Assembly (NCBI GenBank): GCA_963708075.1 | Contig: OY970194.1 | Location: 1,984,001 to 2,048,000 of the forward strand | DNA length: 64,000 nt | Reading direction: 5' to 3' | Source: Sedimentisphaerales bacterium | GTDB taxonomy: Bacteria; Planctomycetota; Phycisphaerae; Sedimentisphaerales; Anaerobacaceae | Shown: positions 20,692 through 30,314 of the stretch, in pieces | How positions within the stretch are numbered: position 1 is the stretch's first letter | How the letters are laid out: every line of letters starts with the position of its first letter | Notes under the pieces: generated by a model | Database searches by the model: none | Told to the model about the DNA's origin: nothing | What the model saw: only the letters and a program-made list of their open reading frames with translations | Position numbers and translations under genes: made by a program

Positions 20692-21556
20692 GACTTCCCA
20701 CTTTCGGTGTCGTCAATGGCTTGCCATTGAGGTACTCCTGCCGGCGCAGTTGCTCGGAGACCAGGAAGCCATACTCCTCGATAGTTTTACGAGCGCGGTC
20801 CGAGACCACGAATTCCATGAAGGCTCGCGCCTGCTTCGGCTGGCGGCTGCATTTGAGCGAACAGATCGTTACTCGCACCGGCGCGAGCTTGTAGGTCTTC
20901 CCGGTTGCGCTGGTGACCGCGTCGATATAGGGCGCCGGCAGGTGCTCGGGGACGATCGGAATGCTATCCAGCTCCTTCGCCCTCAGGATGGCCACCGCCC
21001 CCCAAACCAACGCCGCGTCGGCGCTCTTCATCTGCACGAGGTTGGCCACGTAGGAACCACTTCGGTGGACGATGATGTTCTTCTTCTGCATCAACGCATT
21101 TAGGTCCATCCCGGCCTTGGTGAAGATGGTGGGCAGCATGCGCCCGAGCGTGGAGGCGTTGGGATCCGTCAACGCCAGTTGCACATCGGCGCGAGCCAGG
21201 TCCTGCAAGCCCCGGATGTTCTTCGGGTTGCCCTTGAGCACAATGATGACCGGGCTGATCTCCGCCAGCGTCCAGCCATCCACGGCCAGTCCGCGATGCA
21301 TGATCACGTCGAGGAACGGATCGTGGCATACGTAGAGGTCGCCTTGGGCCTGGAGCTCGATGTGGGCCACCAGTTCCCCGGAATCGGCGGAGTTGATCTC
21401 GATCTTCTGCCCGGTTTCCTGTTCGTAAAGCTCCACCAGTTTTTCAAAGACCGGGCGCATCGTGCCGCCCACGTGGCAGAGCAGCGGGCCTGGAGATTCT
21501 TTCTTCGTACAGCCGGCCAATGCCACCAGCAGCAGGACTCCTATCAGCTTCTTCAT
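20660..21556 (-). CDS. modA: Molybdate/tungstate-type ABC substrate-binding lipoprotein, second copy
   Basis: Lipobox LAGC; PVIIVLKGNPKNIRGLQDL; ADAALVW; last gene of the ABC operon. Confidence 0.7.
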   Translation of the reverse strand: MKKLIGVLLLVALAGCTKKESPGPLLCHVGGTMRPVFEKLVELYEQETGQKIEINSADSGELVAHIELQAQGDLYVCHDPFLDVIMHRGLAVDGWTLAEISPVIIVLKGNPKNIRGLQDLARADVQLALTDPNASTLGRMLPTIFTKAGMDLNALMQKKNIIVHRSGSYVANLVQMKSADAALVWGAVAILRAKELDSIPIVPEHLPAPYIDAVTSATGKTYKLAPVRVTICSLKCSRQPKQARAFMEFVVSDRARKTIEEYGFLVSEQLRRQEYLNGKPLTTPKVGSLTDSAADSAP

Positions 21557-21569
21557 CGCAGTCTCCTTG

Positions 21570-22280
21570 TCAATTCCAGTTCAACAGCCGTTGTACTGCC
21601 CCATGATCCGATCCCGTCGCCAAATCCTCCAGCGTGCCGGTGTCCAACAACCGGCCCTCAGACATGACCCCCACACGGTCGGATACGAGCGCCGCTTCGT
21701 CACGGCTGTGACAAACGTGCACCGTGGCCACACCAAACTCCTTCTGCACCCGCCGCAGTTCGCGGCAGGTATCGCGCCGGGTCGGTTCATCGAGCGCACA
21801 GACCGGCTCATCGAGCACCAGCAGCTCCGGCCGGCGCGCCAAGGCCCGCGCCAAGGCTACCTTCTGCCGTTCGCCCCCACTCAGGTAGGCGACGGAGCGG
21901 GCCAGCAGTCTCTCCAGGGCGAGATTGGCCACAATCCCTTCCACGGCAGAGCGTGCCGCCGCCCGCTTCGCGCCTGCGACGGTCAGCGGGAAGATGATGT
22001 TGTGTAGCACGTCCAGGTGCGGAAACAGACCGCCATCCTGCGGAACGTATCCGATATTCCGGAAGCGCGCCTCCAGTCCCGTGATGTCACGGTTGTGAAG
22101 CCGGACCTGCCCTCGCGAAATCTGCGTCAGTCCGCAAACAGCCTTGAGCAACAGGCTCTTGCCGGAGCCGGTCATGCCCATCAGCACGAAATATTCACCC
22201 TCGCCCACGGTGAGCGAAACATCTTGCACGGCAAACGAACCGGCACGCAGGGTCAGATCGGTGATTTCCAGCGCGTTCAC
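21570..22280 (-). CDS. modC: ABC transporter ATP-binding protein (ModC/WtpC-like)
   Basis: Walker A GMTGSGKS, LSGGERQ signature, Walker B LLVLDEP. Confidence 0.8.
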   Translation of the reverse strand: MNALEITDLTLRAGSFAVQDVSLTVGEGEYFVLMGMTGSGKSLLLKAVCGLTQISRGQVRLHNRDITGLEARFRNIGYVPQDGGLFPHLDVLHNIIFPLTVAGAKRAAARSAVEGIVANLALERLLARSVAYLSGGERQKVALARALARRPELLVLDEPVCALDEPTRRDTCRELRRVQKEFGVATVHVCHSRDEAALVSDRVGVMSEGRLLDTGTLEDLATGSDHGAVQRLLNWN

Positions 22281-23125
22281 GCAAGACTCCTGTTACGCAG
22301 CAGAAAATGAACCACCGTCAGTCCGGTGCCCGCCATCACCAGCATAATCAGGGCAATCGCCAGCGAGACCTCGATGTTGCCAACGCTGAGCTCCAGCCAC
22401 ATCATCGTGGGCATCACCTGCACGCGCGGCCCCGTGCCGACAAAGACCATCAGCGGGCCAAACACGCCGATCCCGCGTGCCCACACCAGGATGCAGCCCG
22501 CAATCACCCCGGGCCTGGCCAGGGGCAATGCGACCCGCCAGAAGGCCTGCCACTGCGAGCACCCCAGGGTGCAGGCCACGTGCTCCAAATCCTTCGGCGC
22601 GGCATCAAAAGCCGCCTTGACGGAGCGGATGCCGTAGGACATTGTCATCACATACTGGCACAATACGATCCCGATCCACGAGACCAGGGAAACCCCCACG
22701 CCGCTCAGCGCCTGCTTGATGCTGCCACCCAGACCAAAACCGAAGAAGGCGAGCAGAGACACGCCCACGACCACCGGGGGCAGGAAGATCGGCACATCGA
22801 CGAGAGCGTTCACCAGCGCCCGCCCCGGAAAGCGGAAGCGGCTTAGCGCATAGCCCGCCGGAATTGCCGTGACGACCACCAGCCCCAGCGTCGCCAGCGA
22901 CGTGATGATGCTCAGTTTCATCGCCCGCACTACCGTCCGGGCGGTGAAGAGCCTCCAAACATCCGACAGCGGAAGATCCTTGCTCGCCAGATAGAAGATG
23001 TCGGCTGTCACCAGCCCCACCACCACCAGCACACAGAACACCAGCATTCCGCCGCTCAGCAGGGAAAGGCCATTGATCCGCCGGCCCACGACGCGCAACT
23101 GCTCCTCTACCCGGGGTCCGTTCAT
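22277..23125 (-). CDS. modB: ABC transporter permease (ModB-like)
   Basis: DVPIFLPPVVVGVSLL, EAA-like loop LEHVACTLG, LPLARPG, WARGIGVFG; ATGA overlap with upstream modA. Confidence 0.8.
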   Translation of the reverse strand: MNGPRVEEQLRVVGRRINGLSLLSGGMLVFCVLVVVGLVTADIFYLASKDLPLSDVWRLFTARTVVRAMKLSIITSLATLGLVVVTAIPAGYALSRFRFPGRALVNALVDVPIFLPPVVVGVSLLAFFGFGLGGSIKQALSGVGVSLVSWIGIVLCQYVMTMSYGIRSVKAAFDAAPKDLEHVACTLGCSQWQAFWRVALPLARPGVIAGCILVWARGIGVFGPLMVFVGTGPRVQVMPTMMWLELSVGNIEVSLAIALIMLVMAGTGLTVVHFLLRNRSLA

Positions 23126-23886
23126 CGGTAGGGTCGCTCCGTCCGGTATCCGTTTTCTCGCAGGAGGCGCTGGCCGGTGGGACTGGTCAGGAACTGCAGG
23201 AAGCGCTGCGCCTCCTTCGGGTGCGGGGCGCTCTTGAGCCGGGCGCACACCACGGTGGAGATCTTGTTCACCGCCTCGGGAATCTCGATGGTATCCACCG
23301 ATTCCCGGATACCCTGCGCCACGGCGTCCCACACCACGGCCGCATCCACGTCCTTCATCTGAACCCAGAGACCCAGCTCATTCACCGTAAACGACTCCTT
23401 GGCGTTGAAGGTGGCGCTGTCGAGCCCTACGTTGGCAAAGATTTCCACGCAGAGCCGCCCGATCTGGCAGGCCTGGGGATTGCCCAACGCCACCTTCAGA
23501 TCGGTGCGGGCAAAGTCCTGGAGGGACGACACGTTTTTGGGATTGCCCTTGGCCACGATGATCGTCGGGACGAAATAGGAAACCTGCATCCGCTCCGCGA
23601 CGTTGTCCGTCACTTCCTCCAGACGATCGACATACCAGACATCGCCCGGCATAAAGAGATCGGCCTGCGGGTCGCCCTTCGCGCGGGAGATCAACACGCC
23701 GCTGCCCGCATAGTCCGCGTCCACCGCAATCCCGGTCTCGTCCTCAAATGCCGCGGCCAGCGCCTCCACCGCCTCTCGAAGCCCGGCAGCAGCATAGACC
23801 CGGATCCGGCCGGCCTGCTGCCGCTGCACGCACCCATAAAGCCCTGCCAGCAACAGGAGCAGCGCGACCCCTGCCCAACTCTTCAT
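23122..23886 (-). CDS. modA: Molybdate ABC substrate-binding lipoprotein
   Basis: Lipobox LYGC; YAAAGLREA; YAGSGVL; ADLFMPG; IVAKGNPKNV; DAAVVWD. Confidence 0.82.
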   Translation of the reverse strand: MKSWAGVALLLLLAGLYGCVQRQQAGRIRVYAAAGLREAVEALAAAFEDETGIAVDADYAGSGVLISRAKGDPQADLFMPGDVWYVDRLEEVTDNVAERMQVSYFVPTIIVAKGNPKNVSSLQDFARTDLKVALGNPQACQIGRLCVEIFANVGLDSATFNAKESFTVNELGLWVQMKDVDAAVVWDAVAQGIRESVDTIEIPEAVNKISTVVCARLKSAPHPKEAQRFLQFLTSPTGQRLLRENGYRTERPYR

Positions 23887-24033
23887 TCCGCTATTCTTCA
23901 CCACGAACTGCCTTCTGATAACATCGTAAGGGCTCCATACCATCAGTTCAGGCCGTATCGTAGTTGGCAGCCATCGGATAAGTCAATAGCGACGCTCCGC
24001 TCTGCTCAGTGCATGGGAATACCCAGCGCAGCA

Positions 24034-27000
24034 CTATTCGGCAACAATCTCAATCCCGCACAGGATCGTTTCGCTCTCTGCATCCGCTGGCGTCAACGAG
24101 ACGGTCACGAAATCCGACGTCCGGATTCCCGGGAATGTCCTAACGATCCCGACATTCGGCGACCCGGCCTCTGCAACAATATCGAAGTCCTTCAGCACAG
24201 TCTGCCCGTTCAGGGCGACGTCGAACCGTCGTTGACCCGGCTTCTTGTCCTCGGGCTCCACGAAATGCAGGTGCACCGTGCAGGCTCTCTCCGCGTTGAC
24301 CGCTTCCCGGGCAGGCTCCATTCCTTCGGGCCTCTTTGCCACATCCTCCGGCGGACCCGACACTCGGACGCGAACCGAGCGCAGGCCCTTCGCTCCCGAG
24401 GCTTCCACCCACTTGATGTTGCCCCCCTGTAGACACAGGGAATGGCGGCGGAACCAGGTGGGCTTCTCCGGATTCAGCGCGATGTCCAGTTCCGGAGAGC
24501 TTCCTCCGACGCTGGGGCACTCCAGCCACAGCGTCCCATTCTCCGCCCTGCGGTCTCCCGGCGCACCGAAGTTGATACCGAGGCGCTGAATGGGAGCGCT
24601 GCTCGGCTCGACCTTGCTGAAGGTCCACATCTCCACGTCCGGCACATGGACCATCGCCAGCGAGGTCTGGTTCTGGTAGCTACAGGTGCACGTGCTCGTA
24701 TAGTCCGGCGCATTGAGAACGCCGTTGGCGACGACCAGGTTGGAGGTGCATCCGGATCGGAATCCGCCGAAATTGCCGGTCCCGCCGTCACTGGTGAGAT
24801 CGTAGTACCCTGCCGCGGCCGAGCGGAAGGTCAGGAGGCTCTCGCTGGCAATCGCCGCCCCGCAACCGTGGTTTCGCGAATACTGCCAGGGGATCGTTTC
24901 ACCCGTCAGAGGATGCGAGTACGTCCGCTGGCGGCCCGTCAGGAGATCGTAGGCGCTCTCCTGAGTGAAGATCGTGCCTCCCCGCAGCATGCAGGGTCCG
25001 GCATAATCCATTTTCTTATCCCAGAGGACCTCGCCGGTCCGGGCCCGAAAGGCAGCCATGCGGTCGCCGGGCTCCCAGAGCATGTCGCCCGATTTGCGAT
25101 GAGCCTGCAGGAGAACGCCGAACTGATCGGAGAAACTCAGCCAAGTCCCAAAGGCACAGTCGCGGTTGTCCCAGACGACTCGGCCCGTGCGGAGGTCCAT
25201 CGCCAGGAGCCGGCTCGTCTGACTCACGCCGGCGTCCTCCCGTGCATTTCTCTTCACGTGCGGGAGCACCGCATCGAGACAGAAGACCATGCCGCCCCCG
25301 GCCGCGATCCCATTATGAATGAACCCACTGTCGGCATCGACGCTCCACAGGACCTTCCCATCGTGGCGGTTCATCACGACGAGTGTCTTGCTGACGCTCC
25401 AATCGACGAATGGGGCCGACAAATCGGGCTTTATGCCGGGGGGTTTGAGAAGACCCGAATACCGAACGAAACTCGCGCCGGCGATGAGGTAGTCGTCGCA
25501 GACGCCGAGGTACGCCCAGTGTCGCCGCTCCTGGCCGTCCTGGCGAGGCAGTGAGAACACCTGCCGGGTCTGCCCCGTTTCCGGGTCCAGGACGTGACAC
25601 TCATCTTCCTGAATGATATAGATCCCATCGGCAGTCACGACGAAGTTGGTTCCCCTGGCATTGGCCCCGGGAATGTGGTTCTGGCTGGAGCCGAGGTAGC
25701 GAAAGTCGTGCTTGTAGGAGGCGTCGTAGTAGACACCGAAGGTCGCCGCCTTGAGCGGTTTCTTCCACAGGACCCTGCCCGTGTAGACGTCGCGAGCACT
25801 GAGCGAATCGATCCCCTGGATGAACAGCCTTCCCCCGACAACCTGCTCGGGCGGACCATGGCCATGCCTGGGCAGGACGTCACCGAATCCCGACTCCTCT
25901 CCAAACCACAGCATACCCAACGGAGGCTTGAGCTGGTCCTTCGAGCAGACGGTGTTTGCGATATCGCCGTACTGGTGCGTCCAGTCGCCAGACCCCGGCA
26001 CGGGGCCCGCTCGCTTGATGATGACAGCATCCTCGGTAGTGTCCACCCTGACCCCCGGAAGGGCCGCATTGGCAAGCCGGCTGCACAGCCCCAGTTGTTG
26101 CTCCCTGTTGGCCGCGATCCAGGCTACCCCGCTGTAGGGCCGAAGCAGCTCGCACATCTTCTCGACGCCGTGTGCAGTTCCATCGAGCCCGGCGGTTGTG
26201 AGACTCTCCACCACGACCAGCGAAGCGATGTACGGCGGCAGATCCGCGAAATCCACATTTGCGTGCAGGATGGAGACTCGCGATCCGTAGAGACCCGCGA
26301 GATCCAGCTTATCTCGCAGTGAGGCCACTTTCCCGGCATCCGGCTCAATGGCGATCACATGCATCCGCGACTGACGCAGGGTTTCCGTGAGCAGCCGGCC
26401 ATTGCCGATCCCCAGCCACAGACAATATCCCTTCGCATCCACGCCCTGCTCGAGGATCTGCTTGACGCGCCTGCGATTGCCGCGAGAAGCCGGCTGCAAG
26501 TCATGGGCACTGTTCGGATGGCGTATGGAAGACCCTTCCCTGGTGCCGAAGCAGTACAACTCCCCTTCTTCCGTGGTGATAAAGAGCTTCCCGTCGCCGG
26601 CCAGCATACTCCACACATGCCCGCGCACCTTGTCTTGCCAGACCATCTTCGCGGGCTCATTACCGTCGGGAATCTCGATGGCGGCGATCATGCCCTCGCT
26701 ATTGCAGCCGTACAATCGGTTCCCGGCTCTGACATGGATCTGCTCAAGGGCCGGCTCGGCATGCATCTTCCACAGCGGCTGTTCGACCCCCTGTCGCTTT
26801 GTGGTTCTCATCCCTGGGGTCGAGTGTCCGGGCCTCCGCCAGCGTATACGCCACGATATCGTTGGCATCGTCGACGCCCACGATGCCATCCTCGCCCAGG
26901 ACGTGAGCCGAGATGCTCCCCAACGCCCGCCCATCGGAAAGTCGATACACCATCTTGTTGTTGACGTACCACTGCTTCCAGATCGATGCCCCGTATCCGC

Positions 27001-27907
27001 CGACGTGCTTGCCATAGGTGCGGTCGGACAAGGGATAGTACAGCAACTCACCGGTCGTGCAACTGAAACACGCGGGCGTGGTTCGGCTGGTCACCAGAAG
27101 CTTGTCACCGTCTGCGGCCAGATATCCCTGTGGGGCCACTCCGGCGAAGGCGGGGCTGCTGTGCTGTTGTTGAATGTAGATCGAGCCGGTGCCGCTGTTT
27201 TCCCAGATCACCCGGCCTGTCACGGCGTCGAGTGCATAGATGAACACGCCCATGAACGGCCAGATGCTCGCGGAGCAATGGATCCTGCCATTATGCAAGA
27301 CGGGTCCGCCGCGTGCCGGCCACGCCGAGATGAGCCGGCCATTGCCCAGTATCCTGCGGCCGGACGGCGCAAGGCGAGATTTCCAGAGCTGCGTGCCATT
27401 CCTGGCGTCGAGACAGTAGAGACACCCGTCATCGCTCGCGAAGTACACGCGGCCCTGCCATGCGATCGGCGCAAAACGCACGGGCCCGTCACAGAAGGAC
27501 TGCCAGTTCTGCCTGCCGGTCTCGGTGTCGTAGGCCACGAGCTTGTCACTGACCATCGACGGCACGAAGATCTGTTTGCCCATGACGACCGGCTCATAAG
27601 AGCGATCGAACTGGAGTTTGTATTGTTCCTGGCGCCATGCGGGGGCGGGTTTCGGCAGTTGCCGGACCCATTGAAGATGCAGTTCGGGCGGCAGCGAAAT
27701 CGGCGAGGCCCCGCTGCGGCTCGCATCATACTTCCACATCGGCCAGTCGCCGGCGCCCTCCCCAGAATCACTCGCAGCCGATCCCCGCTCACCGACAAGC
27801 AGAAAGGCAAGAATCAGACAGATAACCGCGGCCGGCACGAAGATGAGAGCATACCCGGCAATCTTCGGATTCCTTTTGTAGTCGCCGGACTTCAAGGATG
27901 CGAGCAT
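24034..27907 (-). CDS. PQQ-propeller / methyltransferase-like / malectin protein (paralog of 1139-5215), split by one frameshift at 26803-26809
   Basis: 5' ORF has DWPMWKYD..RSG and PQQ blades; 3' ORF has GDWTHQYG, CTCSY, INFGAPGD, PGQRRFDV; deleting one base in GAGAACC joins the frames (..DETTKRQGVEQ..). Confidence 0.82.
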
Positions 27908-28286
27908 ACGATCTCCAGAAAACGGACGGATGGTGCCTGCGGGCTCATATGATTTGCCTCCCCTGCAATCGCGGAGGTCGGATCGGACCGAAGTTGGATG
28001 TTCCGGTGTCTTCTACTCATTCGCACACGATGTTCCACAGCCTTTTGTCTGCGTAGAGTATCTGACCTCGACCCCAAATACAACGAAGAAAGGGGCCCGG
28101 AAATGAGGATCTCAGTCCGCAGGCATTGCACCGATTCGACACCGCACAGTTGAAGTCCTGATCCGACGTGCTATCATGCTTTCCGGTGAAATGCGTTCCA
28201 ACGGCTGGTGATTTAAGGCGGTGGCACTCATGAAGACAACGCTCGTCGAAGCATTTTGCGATAAATGACATATAAGGATTCATGGT

Positions 28287-30038
28287 ATGAGAACCAGGCA
28301 GTTTGCACGTGTCACCGTCTTCTTCCTCCTCTTGGCCCTGAACGCCGTCCGGGCCAACGACGCCGACGGGAAACTGAGTATGAATCTGCCCTCTGAGAAG
28401 CCGGAGGTCTTCGAACGTGTCGAGATCTCCGTCACCGACGTACCGGCCGCCGCCAATCCCTTCGACCCCGAAGCGATCGCGCTGGATCTTGAGGTGGTGC
28501 AACCGTCCGGGCAGCCGCTTCGCGTCCCCGGCTACTTTCAGCAAGCCTACGGCAGGAAACTCGAGGGCAGCCGTGAGGTCCTCACGCCGCAGGGTGAAGG
28601 GAGCTGGTGCATCCGCTGGCTGCCCCTGGAGCCCGGCCGGCATACACTGGTCGCAACAGTGACGCTCGCAGGCAAGCTCGCGGCGCGAGGGGAAGCCACG
28701 GTCGAGGTTGCCGATGGAAAACGCCATGGACTGGCACGCATCGAGCCGGACGGGAAGCGTTACTTCCGTTTGGACAACGGCACGCCGCTATTCCTGAACG
28801 GTCTGTGCGCCTGCTGGCACGGCCGCCGGGGCACGTACGACTACGACGACTGGCTCGCCGCATACGAGAAGGCCGGGATCAACTACATCCGGATCTGGAT
28901 GTGGCATCAAGCGTTCGGCATCGAATGGGACAAGGGGGACAAGGTCCGCTATCGTCTCGACAATGCCTGGAGGCTCGACCATGTTCTCGCGGAGGCCGAG
29001 CGCCGAGGCGTCTTCGTCATGCTCTGCCTCGACTATCACGGCATCTTCGAGGTCAAGCCCGATTACTGGGGCGCGAACAACTTCTGGCCCCGCCACCCCT
29101 ACAATGCCGCCAACGGCGGGCCCTGCCAGACGCAGAACGACTTCTTCACGAACGAAGAGGCGAAGAAGCTCTATGCCAAGCGGCTGCGCTACATCGTGGC
29201 GAGATGGTCCGCCTTCCCCAATCTCCTCGCCTGGGAATTCTTCAACGAGATCGACAACGAGTACACTTATCTGAAGCACGAGGATGTGGTCGCGTGGCAC
29301 CGTGACATGGGCCGGCATCTGCGGTCGCTCGATCCCTGCCGGCACCTGATCTCCTCAAGCCTCACGGGCGGCAGCGAGCGTCCTGACCTCTTCGCCCTGC
29401 CGGAAATGGATTTCGCTCAGTATCACTCCTACAATGAAAAGCACCCGGCGCGAATGACGGCCGAGAAAGCCACGCGGTTCTTCGAGAAATACCGCAAGCC
29501 TTTCTTCGTCAGTGAGTACGGGACGGACTGGAAGGGATGGAAGCCCGACACCGATCCGCACTTCCGGGCGCTGCACCAGGCGATCTGGAGCGGCACCTTC
29601 ACCGGCGCCGCCGGCACGGGTATGACCTGGTGGTGGGAGAGCATTCACACCGCCAATCTCTACCACCATTGGTCTGCACTGAGCAGCTTCCTGGAGGGCA
29701 CCGGCATCGGTCGGGCGGACCTGCGGCCGGCACGATTTGAAACCGTCGAGGGGTCTGTGACGCCCTTTGGCGTCGCGGCCCCCGATGAGGCGCTCGTCTG
29801 GCTGCTCGACCGCGCCTATGACTGGCCCGACGGCGCCATGGAGGCCAACCCCTCGCCTGTAACCGGCGTGAAGGTGACACTTACAGGCATCAGCGACGGT
29901 ACCTGGTCGGTCGAGTGGTGGGACACCCTTGCAGGCAAGCGTTTAGCCACGAGCGAGGCAACCGCCTCCGGCGGCGTCCTGCAGCTGGCGCCGCCTGCTT
30001 TCCAGGTCGATATCGCCGCTCGCATCAAGAAGCGATAA
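28287..30038 (+). CDS. Secreted glycoside hydrolase (DUF5060 N-domain plus clan GH-A/GH5-like TIM barrel)
   Basis: Signal peptide; NPFDP DUF5060-type motif; acid/base WEFFNE; nucleophile FVSEYG; C-terminal VEWWDT beta domain. Confidence 0.8.
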   Translation: MRTRQFARVTVFFLLLALNAVRANDADGKLSMNLPSEKPEVFERVEISVTDVPAAANPFDPEAIALDLEVVQPSGQPLRVPGYFQQAYGRKLEGSREVLTPQGEGSWCIRWLPLEPGRHTLVATVTLAGKLAARGEATVEVADGKRHGLARIEPDGKRYFRLDNGTPLFLNGLCACWHGRRGTYDYDDWLAAYEKAGINYIRIWMWHQAFGIEWDKGDKVRYRLDNAWRLDHVLAEAERRGVFVMLCLDYHGIFEVKPDYWGANNFWPRHPYNAANGGPCQTQNDFFTNEEAKKLYAKRLRYIVARWSAFPNLLAWEFFNEIDNEYTYLKHEDVVAWHRDMGRHLRSLDPCRHLISSSLTGGSERPDLFALPEMDFAQYHSYNEKHPARMTAEKATRFFEKYRKPFFVSEYGTDWKGWKPDTDPHFRALHQAIWSGTFTGAAGTGMTWWWESIHTANLYHHWSALSSFLEGTGIGRADLRPARFETVEGSVTPFGVAAPDEALVWLLDRAYDWPDGAMEANPSPVTGVKVTLTGISDGTWSVEWWDTLAGKRLATSEATASGGVLQLAPPAFQVDIAARIKKR

Positions 30039-30069
30039 TAGCATAGGGTGCAGATATCCAGAAACTCTC

Positions 30070-30094
30070 AGCCGTCCTTTTGAGGAAGACGGCT
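30070..30094 (+). terminator. Hairpin downstream of the glycoside hydrolase
   Basis: AGCCGTC / GACGGCT inverted repeat 32 nt after the stop; no clear U tract. Confidence 0.35.
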
Positions 30095-30314
30095 CCGCGG
30101 TTCGGTACGGAAAAGGCATTCTGCCAGCCGAGTTGCTGGTTTGACGCCTTTCGGCCGGACGCAGAGCGCAGACATCTCCATGCTCCCGAGGTTGACGTCG
30201 TGGGCACCCATCTGGTACACTATGGTCTGGCAATTCTCTGTTGAAGCATCGTCCTGTATGCCGGTGGGCAGGCGGCCGTCTTTCTGCCGAGGGTCGGGGG
30301 ATGGAGGAACGGAA

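Noticed and set aside
26787..26791. C5/G5 run as a phase-variation or slippage site for the PQQ gene frameshift
   Set aside because: The run is short, and the adjacent GGTTCTC explains the shift as it does at four other sites.
30061..30075. GAAACTCTCAG resembling part of a glycine riboswitch
   Set aside because: The upstream GGAGA/CCGAAG elements are absent and the downstream gene is unrelated to glycine metabolism.
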